From Octopus sinensis (Eukaryota), in NCBI RefSeq assembly GCF_006345805.1, contig NC_043016.1:1798001-1862000 (forward strand): 64,000 bases of DNA. The letters are read 5' to 3'. This document shows, in pieces, positions 13,575 to 27,099 of the stretch (position 1 is its first letter; every line of letters starts with the position of its first letter). A program made the position numbers and the translations under genes. The notes under the pieces are model-generated. The model made no database searches and was not told where the DNA came from. It worked only from the letters and a program-made list of their open reading frames with translations.

Positions 13575-16500
13575 TCATTACAAAAATAGGACAAAAACAG
13601 GACGAAAAGTTACAAAGGGTTTTGTTCGTTTGTGAAAAAATCGTGTAAAAACAGCGTAACAATCAAAAATTATAACAATGAAAAACTCCCAATAGGGGGT
13701 GGAAAAACCCATAAAAGCCAACGGGAGCCTGGTCAAAAGTGGGGTAGAGAGCCCCTTTCTTCTTTTATATTACCTTTTTAAATCACAGGTGTAACCTCAG
13801 AATGGCTCCTTTCATCCTAGCCATTCTTGCGACATTTATCCACCTTTCAGCAAACTTGCTATCGGACAGCACTTCCCTCTCTACTTTCATCTTCCTTTTC
13901 AAGTGAAACCTGAAAAAGTTGATGAAGCCTGAGCCAAAGAGGAAAGTGTCTGACCTTAGCCCTTTCAAACGGGTCCACCATACCACCTCTTTCGCTACAG
14001 CCACTAAGGTAAAGGAAAACAGCCTTGCCCTCCCGGTTAAAGGAGGTCGGCGGGGCAATCTTCAGTATGGATTCAGCTGATAGCCGGATCCGTCCTATAC
14101 GTGACAGTAGCTTTTCGACATAAACCCATAGTTCAGCAATACTCGGACACTGGACGAGTGCGTGCAGAACGGTTTCGTCGTCGTGGCAGCACCTCGGGCA
14201 GGTCCGGCTGACGGCACTTCCGTGCCGGTAGAGTTTATCTCGAACAGGCAGAGCCCCTCGGTAACACTGCCAGGCGAGGGACCTCTGGAAATTATCCATT
14301 GGCCCCGGCCCGAAAGTCCTTCCGAACAGACTGCTCAGCTCGTTATCGTCAACGTCTAGAGTTTCCCCGAGAACGTCGTCGCACTTTTCTTCCACTGACC
14401 CTCTATAGAACGCTAGAGTTGAACTAGTACCGATCGCATTGCCCGCTTGGCGGAGGGCGGAGAGAGCTTGATGGCACTCGAATAGCCAAACGCCCTTTCT
14501 CAGTCTGCGTTTGATCCAGGTATGCAGCTCTGTCAAAGAGTTGAGCTGCAGAAAGTCGGGTCTGACAAAAGATGACCACACCTGATCCCCGTCTAGGAAA
14601 CGCTTGAGATGCCGTAGTCTGAGCGCATGTCTGCGCATCAGTAACCACGGCATGCCAAGGCCTCCGTTCAGCGGTCCTTGACAACAGATGGATCGCCTGA
14701 CCAGTGGTACCTGACCCTTCTACAAAAAGTCGAAGAGCAAGCGTACCAGCTTGGCCAACCAGCGGTCGGGACAAGGGACGACGGTCAAGCGGTAATAGAT
14801 GACGGATGCGATGTACGCTTTCGCCACCTCCGCTCGACCTTTCAGGGACAGCTTCCTCTCGGCCCATTTCTGGACGAGATTGGCCACCCTGCTCGTCACT
14901 TCTTCTCAGTTCTTATCCACCTGGAGGTCTGGAACGAACCAGACCCCGAGCAGTTTAATGGGTCCGTCTGTCCAGCGCCCTACGACATGGACGGCATGGA
15001 CTTGCCTCTCCAGGTGCCTAGTTGCAAGCCCACGGACTTTTCCGCGTTAATTTTTGCCTCTGTCACCGCTTCGTACTCGTTTAGCGTCTCGCCGATCAGT
15101 TCAATGTGCCTGTGGCTCGACACCATCACGGTGACGTCCTCGGCATAGGCAGACACGCTGTTTCCACCTCCTAGATCGCGCAGGATACCCCTCAAAGCAT
15201 CCAGCTTGAGCAGTAATGGATCGAGAGTCAATACATACAAGAGGGAGGAGAGAGGGCATCCTTGGCGGACCGAAAGTGAGATGTCAAACGGCTCTGAAAG
15301 GTGACAGTTCACCCGTATTACCGAGCAGATGTTGCTGTATAATGCAGCGAACCACCCGCGGAAAACTGGAGCGAATCCGGCTGCCTTGAGAACAGCTATC
15401 GATGGTCAACCCTATCGAAGGCTTTACTCTGATTTAAATTGATCAAAGCCCCACCCGCGCCAGCGTCGTTACCCACCCTCTGTATGGTGCAGCGCATGAG
15501 ATGGAGATTATCGTGTATCGACCTGGTCGGCACGGCGCATGTCCGAAATTTGCGGTAGGCCGTCCAGGTACACATCGAAGTCTGCACCGTTGTCCGTCCC
15601 ACTGTTCGTCCCAAACAGTTGAGCAAAGTGCCGCTGAAACACCGCACACATCTGCTTCGGTTCGGAAACCTCGCGCCCGTTATGATCCACCAAAGACCGA
15701 ATGGTCGCTTTGTTATCCCGCTTCACCTCCGCCACACGGGCCCATCGAGTGGCCTTAGTCCCCTCCCTGCTTAGCGAACGCGCCTTAGCTCTGTCAACGC
15801 AGCCTTCGTGTTTGGCGTCAAAGTGTTGGTCGAGGGCCAACCTAGCCGCCAACACGTCGGTTGCGATGCCTGTCTCAAGATCCTCGTCTAGTTTTCTAAC
15901 TAAATCCCGCTCCGTTTTTCTACGTTCTACAGCTAGAGCCTTACTAAACCTAATCGACTCTGCTCTAAATTGCTCACTTGAGGGCAAACCACCAGTTGTT
16001 GTTGATGATTGCCCCCGTGAGCGTCCGTTTAACAAATAAACTAATCCGGTCTCTGTAGGCTTTGCACGCTGTTATCGACGCGTTCAGCTTCCAGTAGCCG
16101 GGTCCCTGTCTATGTAGCCTATCTAAGTCGACCGTACAGATCACGAATTTGTGGTCCGTGTAGTCGACTAGGTGGAATTGTGGACACCCTATGCTGTCCT
16201 TATCCGCTGGCCTACAGAACACTCTAGCTAAGTACGATCTAGACGACCCGATGCGATAGTCCAAGTCCACATTGGCACATTCGGATTGTCTAGTCGAAAC
16301 CTGTCGGACAGCTGAAAGCGCCTGAGCAGGTTGGCGAGGCTCTTGCACCCCCTCTCCTATCAGAAGCTCCCGTGCCCACCCGATCGAAACGTTCGTCTAA
16401 GACAGCGTTCCAATTCTAGAGTGCGTGACGTTCCTAAGAAAACTTCCAGATGCTTGAAATAATCGGACTGCCCTGCTCCTGTCGGAACGTAGGCAACCAG

Positions 16501-18145
16501 CAGTCTGAAAGCACCGCCATCACTACCGTCTACGTCGAGGACAACTAACTTACCTTCTGGATCCAGGAAGACTGTCCTTATTTTCAAATCCAGGCCCTTC
16601 CGAAACAACACCGCAGTACCATCACCGCCCGCTCCCGGCCGACACGGAGATAGAAAAATCTCGTATCTGCCGAAAAGGGCCGCGAGTTCCTGCGGATCGG
16701 ACAGTCTGGTTTCACTAATGGCTGCTACATCCACGCTGTGAGACCTCAGGTCATTTAACAGGTGGCCCTGTTTCCAAGGGGACCCGTGGCCTCTCACATT
16801 TAAGCAACCTATTCTGTGTTTAGCCAAGTTTTTCTGAAAGGTTTAAAAGTAGAAAAAAAGGCTCTACATACTGTTGTTTGATGGGGTGGCTCCCTTGTGC
16901 TTTTGCACGGGTGTTTCCACCAAGTTTTTATATAATTTTTGGGAGAAATTTCTCCCTAGCGACCCGACATCGTTAAGGAATTTCTCTTTGATTTCACCGT
17001 ATTTCGTTTTGTTGATTTTTATTGTCAGAATGTGTGCTGGTGGTGTATTGTGCGTTGGTATGATAAAGTCTGAGTACTTCGTGTCTGTGTTTTCTTTTAT
17101 GTATGCTATAAGTTGTTCGTTTTTGTGTTTATTGCTATAACGGTGTCTGTGTGTGTTGGTGTGTGTGGCAGTAATGGTGGTGAAAGTGTTGTTGTTTGTT
17201 GTTGTTGGGAGTGCATGTTGTTGTTGATTTGAGGAAGCTCTATTTGTTCGTGATTCCCCTGTGTTTTTGTGTGTTTTTTTGCTTTTTCCTTCTTTTCTTT
17301 TTGGGTGGCACCGTTTGCCACTTCCCTTTCTCGCTATCAGTGCTCGCACAATCCGAGCTTACCTGATCCGGAAAGGGGACATTTGTCGGGTCAACAGTTT
17401 GTCGAAAATTATTGTTCTTGCTTGTAGGAAACGGTGATGTTGCTGTAGTGGTTGGTGTCGGTGATGGTGTTGGTGTTTCATTCTGCGTCGTCTTCCTTGG
17501 TGTTGGTGTTGGTTTGGTGATGGCTGGGGGGTGGTGTTGCTCTTCGTGGTGTTGGTGATGGTGTCGGTGGTGTGGAAACCTTTTGTGTTTCATGCTGTTG
17601 TTGTTTCTGTTGTTGTTGTTGCTGCTGCTGCTGCTGTTGTCTCTTACCTTCTGCCTCCATTCTTTTCTTGTAAATGGGGCAGTCTCTCTTTAGATGGCTT
17701 TCGCTGCCGCAGAGGTAGCATTTTGGCTTTCGCTCCTCTACAGCAATGTGCATTCTGGTGCCGTCCGGCAAATTTACAGTGTCAGGTATGGCATTGATGT
17801 TTTCCTGCTGGATTTGTACCAGTAGCTGCACCCCATACCCGACCAGTTCCTCTCCCGCAACCTCTGTACTCCCAGAATAGTGGCAGTGTCCTCTATGTCA
17901 TAGAGGACAACTGCCACTAACCAAGATATACTTAGCTCGGGCGGCTCCTGATCAATTTTAATTTTTGTCACTCGCCGACCAAGTTATGTCGGTACGAGCT
18001 ACAAATATTCAGCCTGCAAGGGCGAAGAGGCTTGTTTCCTTGCTTCTTCGGCAGGGAAGCGAACCTCCACGGTTCTGAAGCGCTTCCCTCTGGTGACATA
18101 GATCTTTTTGTCCAATATGGGCTTTAGAGCTATTTCAAGTTGCTG

Positions 18146-18146
<1 letters not shown>
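13575..18146 (-). mobile_element. Tx1/L1-clade LINE (element C): partial ORF1 + ORF2, degenerate
   Basis: ORF1 has a CCHC knuckle (CYLCGSESHLKRDC, ~17680-17720) and a Q/T/P-rich tail. ORF2 has APE (IGCLNVRG, AISETRL, YTDHK, PGYWKLN), RT (NQSKAFDRVDH, SVRQGCPLS, SAYAEDVTV) and C-terminal CPRC...ETVLHALVQC. The 5' end abuts (TAA)n. Confidence 0.9.
13783..16827 (-). pseudogene. ORF2 (APE-RT) of Tx1/L1 element C, broken by frameshifts
   Basis: Consecutive ORF-track pieces 16360-16827, 15974-16348, 15508-16035, 15396-15647, 14980-15312 and 13859-14653 carry ORF2 motifs in the correct order. Confidence 0.88.
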
Positions 18147-18210
<64 letters not shown>

Positions 18211-18242
18211 CTCGGTAGAACCTAATAATTGCTCCTTCATTT

Positions 18243-18305
18243 TTAATGGCGGTGCCCCAGCATGGCCACAGCTCATAGGCTGGAACTGGAATCAATCAAT
18301 CAATC
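18243..18305 (+). mobile_element. Solo 3' tail of the CR1-type LINE family with an (AATC)n tail
   Basis: AATGGCGGTGCCCCAGCATGGCCACAGCTCATAGGCTGGAACTGG(AATC)n matches the 3' end of the copy at 34.05-34.13 kb. Confidence 0.8.
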
Positions 18306-18309
18306 AATC

Positions 18310-18820
18310 AATAATAATAAATTATTTTTGTTGGCCACAAAGGCTAATATAAATTAAAAACATGGAAGGACAAACACAGGACGATAAACAAAGGGTTTTG
18401 CAAAAAGAAAGGTCCGTGTAAATATTTCATAACAAGAAAAATAAAACAAGTAAAAATTCCCAATAGCGGGTGGCCCTTTGAACGTTACTCGTGGAAAAGA
18501 CCCTCTCGGCCCATTTCTGGGTGAGATTGGCCATCCTGTTCGTCACCTCGTCCCAGTTTTTCTCCACCAGCAATTTAACAGGACCGTTTGTTCAGCGCCC
18601 CACGACGCTGTTGGACAACATGGACTTGCCTCTTCAGGTGCCCAGTTGCAGGCCCACATACTTTCCTGTTAATTTTCGCACCTGTCACTACTTGCTACTC
18701 GCTAATCAGATCGATGTCCCTGTGGCTCGACACCATCATTGTGACGTCGTTGGTATAGGCAGACACTCTTTTTTCACAGAGATCACGCGGGAAACACTTC
18801 AACGGATCTACCAGAGAAAA
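18310..18820 (-). mobile_element. Internally deleted Tx1/L1 fragment (RT piece + 3' UTR) related to element C
   Basis: RVSAYTNDVTMMVSSHRDIDLI parallels element C SVSAYAEDVTVMVSSHRHIELI. 18360-18475 aligns with the element C 3' UTR (13585-13710) and runs into (TTA)n on its own strand. Confidence 0.8.
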
Positions 18821-20324
18821 AGATATGAAATTTGGCTTACAAAAATGTGCCAAAGCAACCTTGAAAAGAGGAAAAACTAGTAAAGAGTAGCAACACCACA
18901 CTATGATACATAAAGCAAATGAAATAAGAGAATTGGACCAAAGACAGACATACAAATATTAAGGAGTCCATGAACTAGATATGATACAGCACACAAAAAT
19001 GAAAGAAACTAAAAAAGAATATTTTAGACAAGTTAGATTAATACTAAATACGTAGCTCAATGCTAAAAACAAGATAACAGGTATCAACACTAGCGGTTCC
19101 AGTTATAAGTTACAGCTACAATATCATTAACTGGACACTAAATGAACTAATCAAAATAGACAGGAAAACAAAAAAAATTATGACAGGATATAGGATGACC
19201 CACTCAAAATTTAACATAGAAAGATTATATATACAACGTATAGAAAGTGGTAGAGGCCTTATACAGCTAGAAAACTATTACAAAATAACCACCATAGGAC
19301 TGCAAAAATACCTACTTCAGAAGCAAAGAAAACTAATGCAAATAGCCACAAAACGCGAGCAGAAAAAAAAGCTGACAAATACAAATAAGAAGTCATAGTA
19401 CCTGACAACTATGAAGAAAACGAAGAAAACAAAAGCTGTAAAAAAATAAAATCCAAACTAAAACTGCAACAGCAACGGACCATGATAAAGCGATGGCAAG
19501 AAAAGCCCCTTCATGGCAAATACTGGTCTAAACTGAGAAGCTCAGGACTCAAAGCAGAGACTGAATGACTTTTAATTGCAGCACAAGACCAAAGCCTCCC
19601 CATCAGAAATTAACAAAAACATATAAAGAACAGAAACATAACAAGTAACTGCAGAATATGCAAAGATGGACAAGGAGCAATAAATCATATTATCTCTGGC
19701 TGCCCTGTCCTGGATAAGAAGGAATATATTCACAGACACGACAGAGTTGGGACCTACATACACTGGAATCTATGCTAATACTATGGAATAACAACAGAAA
19801 AAAGATGGTATAGGCTCAGGCCAGAAAAGGTCACAGAAGATGAGAAAGCAACAATATTATGGGATATGTCAATACACACAGATAGAGAAATTAAGGCCAG
19901 CAGACCAGATATAGTTGTCAGACATCATGAAGAAAAAAAATACATTCTAATTGATGTATCAATACCAGCGGATGACAACGTGTCTCTAAAAGAAATGGAG
20001 AAACTTTCAAAATACAAAGACCTGGAAATAGAGGTAACTCGAATGTGGAATCTAAAAACAGAAACAATCCCTATCATAGTAGGTGCATTACGCATGATAA
20101 AAAAAGTATTCAGACAAATATATAACAAAAACACCAGGTCCTACAGACACGTATAACAAACAGAAAATTGCACTACTGGGCACTGCACACAATCTACGCA
20201 GAACACTTTCAATACAGTAACTATAAGAGCATCGCAACAAACTACAGCACATACCCAAGGAACACAGAGCTGCGCTCGGTAGTGCAGTGAAAGCACGTTC
20301 TAAAAATAAGACTACTGAATAATT

Positions 20325-20325
<1 letters not shown>
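18820..20325 (+). mobile_element. 5'-truncated R4/Dong-type RLE LINE (E1)
   Basis: MKFGLQKCAK, ERLYIQRIESGRGLIQLE, AAQDQSL, CRIC...NHIISGC, RPDIVVRH..ILIDVSIP, KLSKYKDLEIE, GALRMIKK; 3' UTR ends in (TAA)n. Confidence 0.9.
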
Positions 20326-20359
<34 letters not shown>

Positions 20360-20424
20360 TAATAATAATAATAATAATATAATAATAATAATAATAATAA
20401 TAAAACAATAATAACAATAATTAT

Positions 20425-21185
20425 AATGAAACCATTGATCATGTTGTCTCCAATTGCAGTCTTCTAGCGCCTACAGAGTATCTCAACAGGCATGATAGAG
20501 CTGCATAATATATTCACTGGGTAATTTTCAAAAACCTGGATTTGCCCCATGATAAAAACTGATGGGAACACAAACCACCCCCAGTGCTTGAAAATGACCA
20601 CATCTCACTCCTCTGGAACTTCTCCATTCAAACTGACAGAAAGATAGATGCAAATAGGCCAGACATCATATTGAAAGACTTCAAACAAAGAACATGCCTC
20701 CTCATTGATATGACTGTCCCAATCGATATAAACGCATCTGTCAAGACCTACCAAAAACTGAGCAAGTATAAAGATCTTGAAATAGAAATCAGCAAAATGT
20801 GGAACCTGAAGACTAAAACAATACCTGTTGTCATAGGTGCCCTGGGAATGATAGCAAAAGGGGCTGATTGCTACCTAACTCAGATACCAGGAAACCCCAA
20901 AATGGCAGAAATTCAAAGGATAGTGCTCATGGGAACTGCTCATATCCTACGCAAAATACTTTCTATGTAATCTCAAATTTTAAAACAAACATAATTTTCG
21001 TATGTTTATTTTATTTTATTAAAAAAAATTTTTTTAGACTTTCACTAGTACAACACTAAATACAAAACCATATATATAGCACTCTAGGCATAACAACAGC
21101 ATAAACTTCCAGCCTGTTGTCTCTCGAGGTCTCTGGGTGAGACTTGGAGCCAACTTGTACAAATATAAAGCAATAGTCAAACATA

Positions 21186-21187
<2 letters not shown>
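20425..21187 (+). mobile_element. 5'-truncated R4/Dong-type RLE LINE (E2)
   Basis: ETIDHVVSNC...RPDIILKDF..LLIDMTVP..KLSKYKDLEIE..GALG..AHILRKILSM; flanked on both sides by (TAA)n. Confidence 0.92.
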
Positions 21188-21244
<57 letters not shown>

Positions 21245-21271
21245 TAATAATAATAAAATAATAATAATAAT

Positions 21272-22659
21272 ATTGTTAACTGGTCAATTACTGAAATATG
21301 TCAGCTCGACAGAAAAATAAGGAAACTGTTGACAATGCATAGAATGCACCACCCTAAGGCAGATACAGAACGACTCTATCTGCCAAGAAAAGAGGGAAGC
21401 CGTGGTCTTTTGCAACTGGCAATAACAATGAAGATTGCTACAATTGGCCTAGACACCTACCTGAAAATCTCTGAGGACTGGATGCTAAAACTTGTCTCAA
21501 AACATGAAAACAAGAAAGCATCATACTCAGTCACAAAACAGGCAAAGGAATATCTAAGTGAATTCCGAATACAACCAATTTCGGAATTAGAGATAGATAT
21601 ACAAGAAACAAGCACAGAAAAAGCTAGGCGCATGAAAACCCGTGCCAAAACTGCGGCCTTAGATATTCTGAATAATAAATGGCAAGAAAAACCTCTCTAT
21701 GGCAAATACCCAAAGAGAGCGAATAATGCAGATATCGACAAAGCCCTGACCCATCAATGGCTAATGGCCTCTGGCTTAGAATCTGAAACAGAGGGGTTTA
21801 TCATAGCAGCTCAAGATCAATGCCTACCAACAAGAAACTACCAGGCCAACATATTAAAGTTCAGAATCAGTCCAACGTGTCGTGTATGCAAGCAACAAAA
21901 TGAAACCATTGACCATGTGGTCTCCAAGTGCAGTCTTCTAGCGCCTACAGAGTATCTGAACAGGCACGATAGAGCTGCACAATATATTCACTGGGTAATC
22001 TGTAAAAACCTGGATTTGCCCCATGAAAAAAACTGGTGGGAACACAAACCACCCCCAGTGCTTGAAAATGACCACATCTCACTCCTCTGGAACTTCACCA
22101 TTCAAACTGACAGGAAGATATATGCAAATAGGCCAGACATCATATTGAAAGACTTCAAACAAAGAACATGCCTCCTCATTGATATGACTGTCCCAATCGA
22201 TATAAACGTACCTGTCAAGACCTACCAAAAACTGAGCAAATATAAAGATCTTGAAATAGAAATCAGCAAAATGTGGAAGCTGAAGACTAAAACAATACCT
22301 GTTGTCATAGGTGCCCTGGGAATGATAGCAAAAGGGGCTGATAGCTACCTAACTCAGATACCAGGAAACCCCAAAATGGCAGAAGTTCAAAAGATAGTGC
22401 TCATGGGAACTGCTCATATCCTACGCAAAATACTCTCTATGTAATCTCAAGGTTTAAAACAAACATAATTTTCGGTTTAAAAAAAAAAAAAACTTTTTTT
22501 TTTTTTTTTTAGACATTCATTAGTCCAACATCCCCACCCCCCAAATATATGGCACACTAGGCATAACAACAACATGAACTTCCAACCCTGGTGTCTCTTG
22601 AGGTCTCTGGGTGAGACTTGGAGCCAACTTGTACAAATATAAATCAAAAGTCAAAAATA

Positions 22660-22660
<1 letters not shown>
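21272..22660 (+). mobile_element. 5'-truncated R4/Dong-type RLE LINE (E3), same subfamily as E2
   Basis: Open 371-aa frame (21329-22444) with RLYLPRKEGSRGL, CRVC..ETIDHVVSKC, YLNRHD, RPDII, LIDMTVP, KYKDL; flanked on both sides by (TAA)n. Confidence 0.95.
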
Positions 22661-22722
<62 letters not shown>

Positions 22723-22730
22723 TAATAATA

Positions 22731-25700
22731 ATTCTTTTTTATTAACCACAAAAGTTTTACATCAAGAAAAGCATTATGGACAGTATATGACAAACCAACG
22801 TTTTTGCGTATGTGTGTGAGTGTGTTTTGTGAGAGTTTTGCGTGTAACGAAGCAGAAAAAACAAATTGAGCAATGTGTATTGCTCAATAAGGAGGAGATT
22901 TTCGAGGACTGCTCATGGAAAAACCCCGTGAAAACCATGAGCACTCAGACTTTTGGGGAAGTTGCCTTGTTTTTTCTATCCTTTTCTCCAGCCACAGGCG
23001 TATGTATGGGGCAGGCCCGTTAACAGGCACCATTCTCGCCACTTTCATCCATCTTTCAGCAAATTAGCAAGAAAACAACACTTCCCTCTCAACCCTTATT
23101 TTCCTTTTTAAGTGAAATTTGAAGAAGTTGATCAGAGATTGGCCAAAGAGGAAAGTGTTTGTCTTCAGCCTCTTTAGTCTCGTCCATCATACAACTTCTT
23201 TCGCCATGTCCACCAGGCATATTTATACAGCCTTCTCTTCCCGGTTAAAGGAAGGCGACGGGGCGATCTTCATTATGAATTCAGTTAACAGCTGGATTCG
23301 TCCTACTTGCGACAGCCGGTGTTCGATATAAATCTACAGGTCACCAACGCTCGGGCAATGGACCGTCTCGCCGTCATACGCGCATCTCAGACATGCTCGG
23401 CTGACAGCACTTCCGTATCTGTGTAGTTTATCTCGAAAAAGCACAACACTTCGGTAACGCCGTTAGGCCAGATATTTTTGGAAGGTATCCATAGGTCTCG
23501 GGCCGAAAGTTCTCCCAAATAGAGTGGCTAGTTGATCTTCTTCGACACCTAAGGTCTCCCCAAGAACGTCGTCGTACTTTCCTTCCACTTATCATTTATA
23601 GGATGCTAAAGCAGACGTTCCACATATTGCAGTGTCCGATTGGTTGAGAGCTGTGAGCGCTTCAAGTCATGCCACTTTTCAAATGTCTTTCCTGTTTTAC
23701 CGAGGACTGCAAGTCCGTTAAAGAAACTAGCCGGGGAAATACTCGTTTGGCGAATGGCAATCACACCTGTCGTAGACTCAGTGCATGTCAGCGCATCATC
23801 AAGCACGGCATGCTCAGGCAACCACGTAGTGGGCGGTGACAGCAGATACACCACCTGACCATCGGGACGCATCACTTTCGCAAGAAGCGGAAGTATACGC
23901 TCCAACGTAATCAGACGGTGGCCGGGACAAGGCCCGACGGTCAAGCTTTAGTAGTAGATGACGGATGCGATGTAAACTTTAGCCACCTCTACCCTATCTT
24001 TCAGAGATAGCTTCCTCCTGGCCCATTTCTGAGTGAGAGTAGACACCCTGCTCGTTATGTCGTTCTTATTTTTGTCCATCTGGAGGTCTGGACCGAACCG
24101 GACCTCGAGCAATTTAACCGGTCCGTCCAGCGTTAGTTGGACAGCATGGACTTGCCACAAGCTCACTGATTTTTTCCTGGTTAATCCTCGCTCCTGAAAC
24201 CGCCTTGCAGTCCCGGTCATTTCTATATGTTTATTATCCGACACTACAACGATGACGTCGTCGAGCATATGCCGACATGCATCTTCCTCATCCTAGGTTA
24301 CGTGGGATGCCTCTCAACGCCTCCAGTTTGTGTAGTAGTGGCTTGAGAGTCAGTACGTACGCAAGAGACGAGAGGGGGCAACATTGCCAGACGGAGCGCA
24401 TGATGTTGAACGGTTCTTAGAAGTGACATGAAATCCATCCTGCGACCCGGTTCACCGCTATTCCCGAACGGTTGAGTGAAGAGTCGCTGAAAGGCCGCAC
24501 ACATCTGTTTCGTATCAATTATCATTTACCTGTCGTGATCCAACTAGGATCGGATCGTTGATTTATTGCCACGCCATGCCTCTACCGCTCAGGCCTATTG
24601 AACGGCTTTTGTCTCTTCGCGTGCACGTGTCTTAGCTCTGACAACGCAACCTTCGTGTTTCGCGTTAAAGAGTTGGTCGAGTGTCAACCTCACTGCGAGC
24701 ACGTCGGTCGCGATGCTTTTCTAAAAGTCTCGTCTAATTTCCTGACAATCTCTGCTTTTATTCTGTTTCTTTCTACTGCTGGTCCTTTGCTAAACTTATT
24801 GATTCTAATCTAATCGCCATTTTCAGGGCGAACCACCATGTGTTGTTGATTATTGCATCAGTAAACGCTCTCTTAACTAGTTCTCTAATCCAGTCACTGA
24901 TATCTTTATTCGCTGGCAACGACACGTTCAGGTTCCAGTAACCAGATCCCTGTCTATGGAGCCTATCTAAGTCGACTGTACAGATCAAGAACTTGTGGTC
25001 TGTGTAGTCGACTACTTTAAATTGTGGACAACCTATGCAATCCTTGTCTGCTACTCCTCAGAATAGCCTATCCAAATAAGCTCTGGATGATCCGATGCGG
25101 TCCACACTGGCACATCAGGGAAATCTAATCGATACCTGTCAGAAAGTTGGAATCGTCTGAGCAGGTTTGCAAGGCTTTTGCATCCTCTTCTCCTATCTGC
25201 TAAATCCATCTAGTCCTACCTTAAATCTAAAATACCATTCCAAACCCTCACTAACATTGAAGAGTGGGACGTTCCCAGGAAAGTTTCCAGACATCTGAAG
25301 AAACTTAGTCGTCCTACACCTGTTGAGGCATAGACGGCAACTAACCTGAAAATATGTCCTTTGCTGCCAGTCACGTCCAGCACCACCGACTTACCTTCCG
25401 GGTCCAAGAAGATCGTCCGTTTTGCAAGATCCAGATTTTTCCGAAACATCAAGCCTACTTCGCCTCCCGCCTCGCCTCCTGCCTCGCCTCCCACTCCCGC
25501 ACGACTTGGTGATGCGTACAACTCATAGTCACCGAAAATGTGTTGGAAATCCCGTGAATCGAAATTCTGGTTTCACCAATGGTCACCACATCAATATTCA
25601 GTGCCCTGAGGTCATTGAGCTTCCAAGCAGACCCCGAGTCACGTACATTCACACAGCCTATTCTGCGCACGAACATGTTGTCAGAAAAAGAAACGAAAAG

Positions 25701-27090
25701 AAAAGGAAATCTTACTTAGTTTCGTTTGGAGTAGCTGGTCCGTTCTTTCCCGTTGGCATGGGGAGTTTCCAGCAGCAAATCACTAAGAATTCTCTTGGTG
25801 ATATTACCTCGAAAATCTTCGATTTCCCGTGGGTGGGAATTGAGTTTTTAAGTGTATGTATGAGTTTTGTGTTGTTTGAAGGATCTGTATGTGTGCCGGT
25901 AGGGAGGTTGTGGGTGTGACAAAATCTTCTGCTGTTACGCTTGTGTGTGTACTTCATCAAATCATTGATTTTGTGTTTTTTGCAATGGAGTTTGTAATGT
26001 TGGTCTCTTTACTTTGTGTTCGTTGCTGTTGTTGCTATTATTGTTGTTGTAGTTGTTGTCGTTGTGGCTGTGATTGTTATTGTTGCTGAAGGTCTGTGTG
26101 TGGGATGAGTTGTCTTTGTGATGTTCTTGGTTGAGACTGTGTTTCATATGTTTGTGGTAGTGGTGGCGATGCAGTATATTTTGGGTGTATTTATTTTGTT
26201 GCTTTTATTTTCTCCTCTCTAATGCTTGGATGAGGAATGTTGCTGTTTGTGCATCGATTTGTTTGTCTTTCTGTCTTCTTTTTGTTTTGTTTTTATCTTC
26301 CACTCCGCATCGCGGTCAAACTCTCCACTTGTGATGTCCGCTCGCTCAACATCGAGGAGTGTAACATCTTCGGGCGCTCAGAAGTGTCATGGGGAAATCG
26401 GTGCTGCTGTGGCTGAATCTGCTGCTGCTGATGGTGTTGCTGCTGTTGTCGCTTGAGTTCTGGTGGCTGTTGTTGGTGCTGGGAGAAGAGGTGCCTGATT
26501 CTCTTTTTTCTTCAATCTAAGGTAGAAGTCTTTTAAATGAGTTGTCGAAAAGCAAATACGACATTTTGCTTTCCTTCCGTCCACACTGGCTGGAATAATG
26601 CTGCCTGCAGGAAGGTGATTTTGGTCTGGGATGAGATCCACATTCTTTTGGGTCGTTTGGATGAGTACTTCTATCGTCATCCCGGTTTGATAGACTTCGA
26701 AGATTTTCCAGTTTTCCTCGATGCCAATTGTTTCTGCAGCAATTAGCCAAGCAATGGCTATTTCTGACGACACCAGTTGTATGATTATTTTGGCCAGTCT
26801 CTGGGTACAGTAGAAGGGGAACAATAACAGCTCCTCGCTTCTGAGGGGTTTCGGAGAGTGAGATTTAGCTTCCAAATGGAACCTAAAGCTTTTTGTATTC
26901 GAACATCTATGGCTCCTTCTACCCTCCACTTTAATCGAATTGTACGGCGCGTCTCTGTGCGATGTATCGTATTTTGGACAGTTTCCATGGGGGTACTTAG
27001 CTTGACAGCTCTTCAGAGAATTTTATTCTCTGAAGAGATGAGTTGGTGGCACCAGCGAAGGAAAGTTTAGTGTTATTCCAAGTCACTGCA
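22731..27090 (-). mobile_element. Older Tx1/L1-clade LINE (element D): ORF1 remnant + ORF2 remnant
   Basis: ORF1 has a decayed knuckle (KCRICFSTTHL). ORF2 pieces RRIGCVNVRD, IFLDPEGK, DLDRLHRQGSGYWNLN and LDGPVKLLEVRFGPD are colinear with element C. The 3' end runs into (TTA)n. Confidence 0.85.
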
Positions 27091-27099
27091 GCGGCTTGT

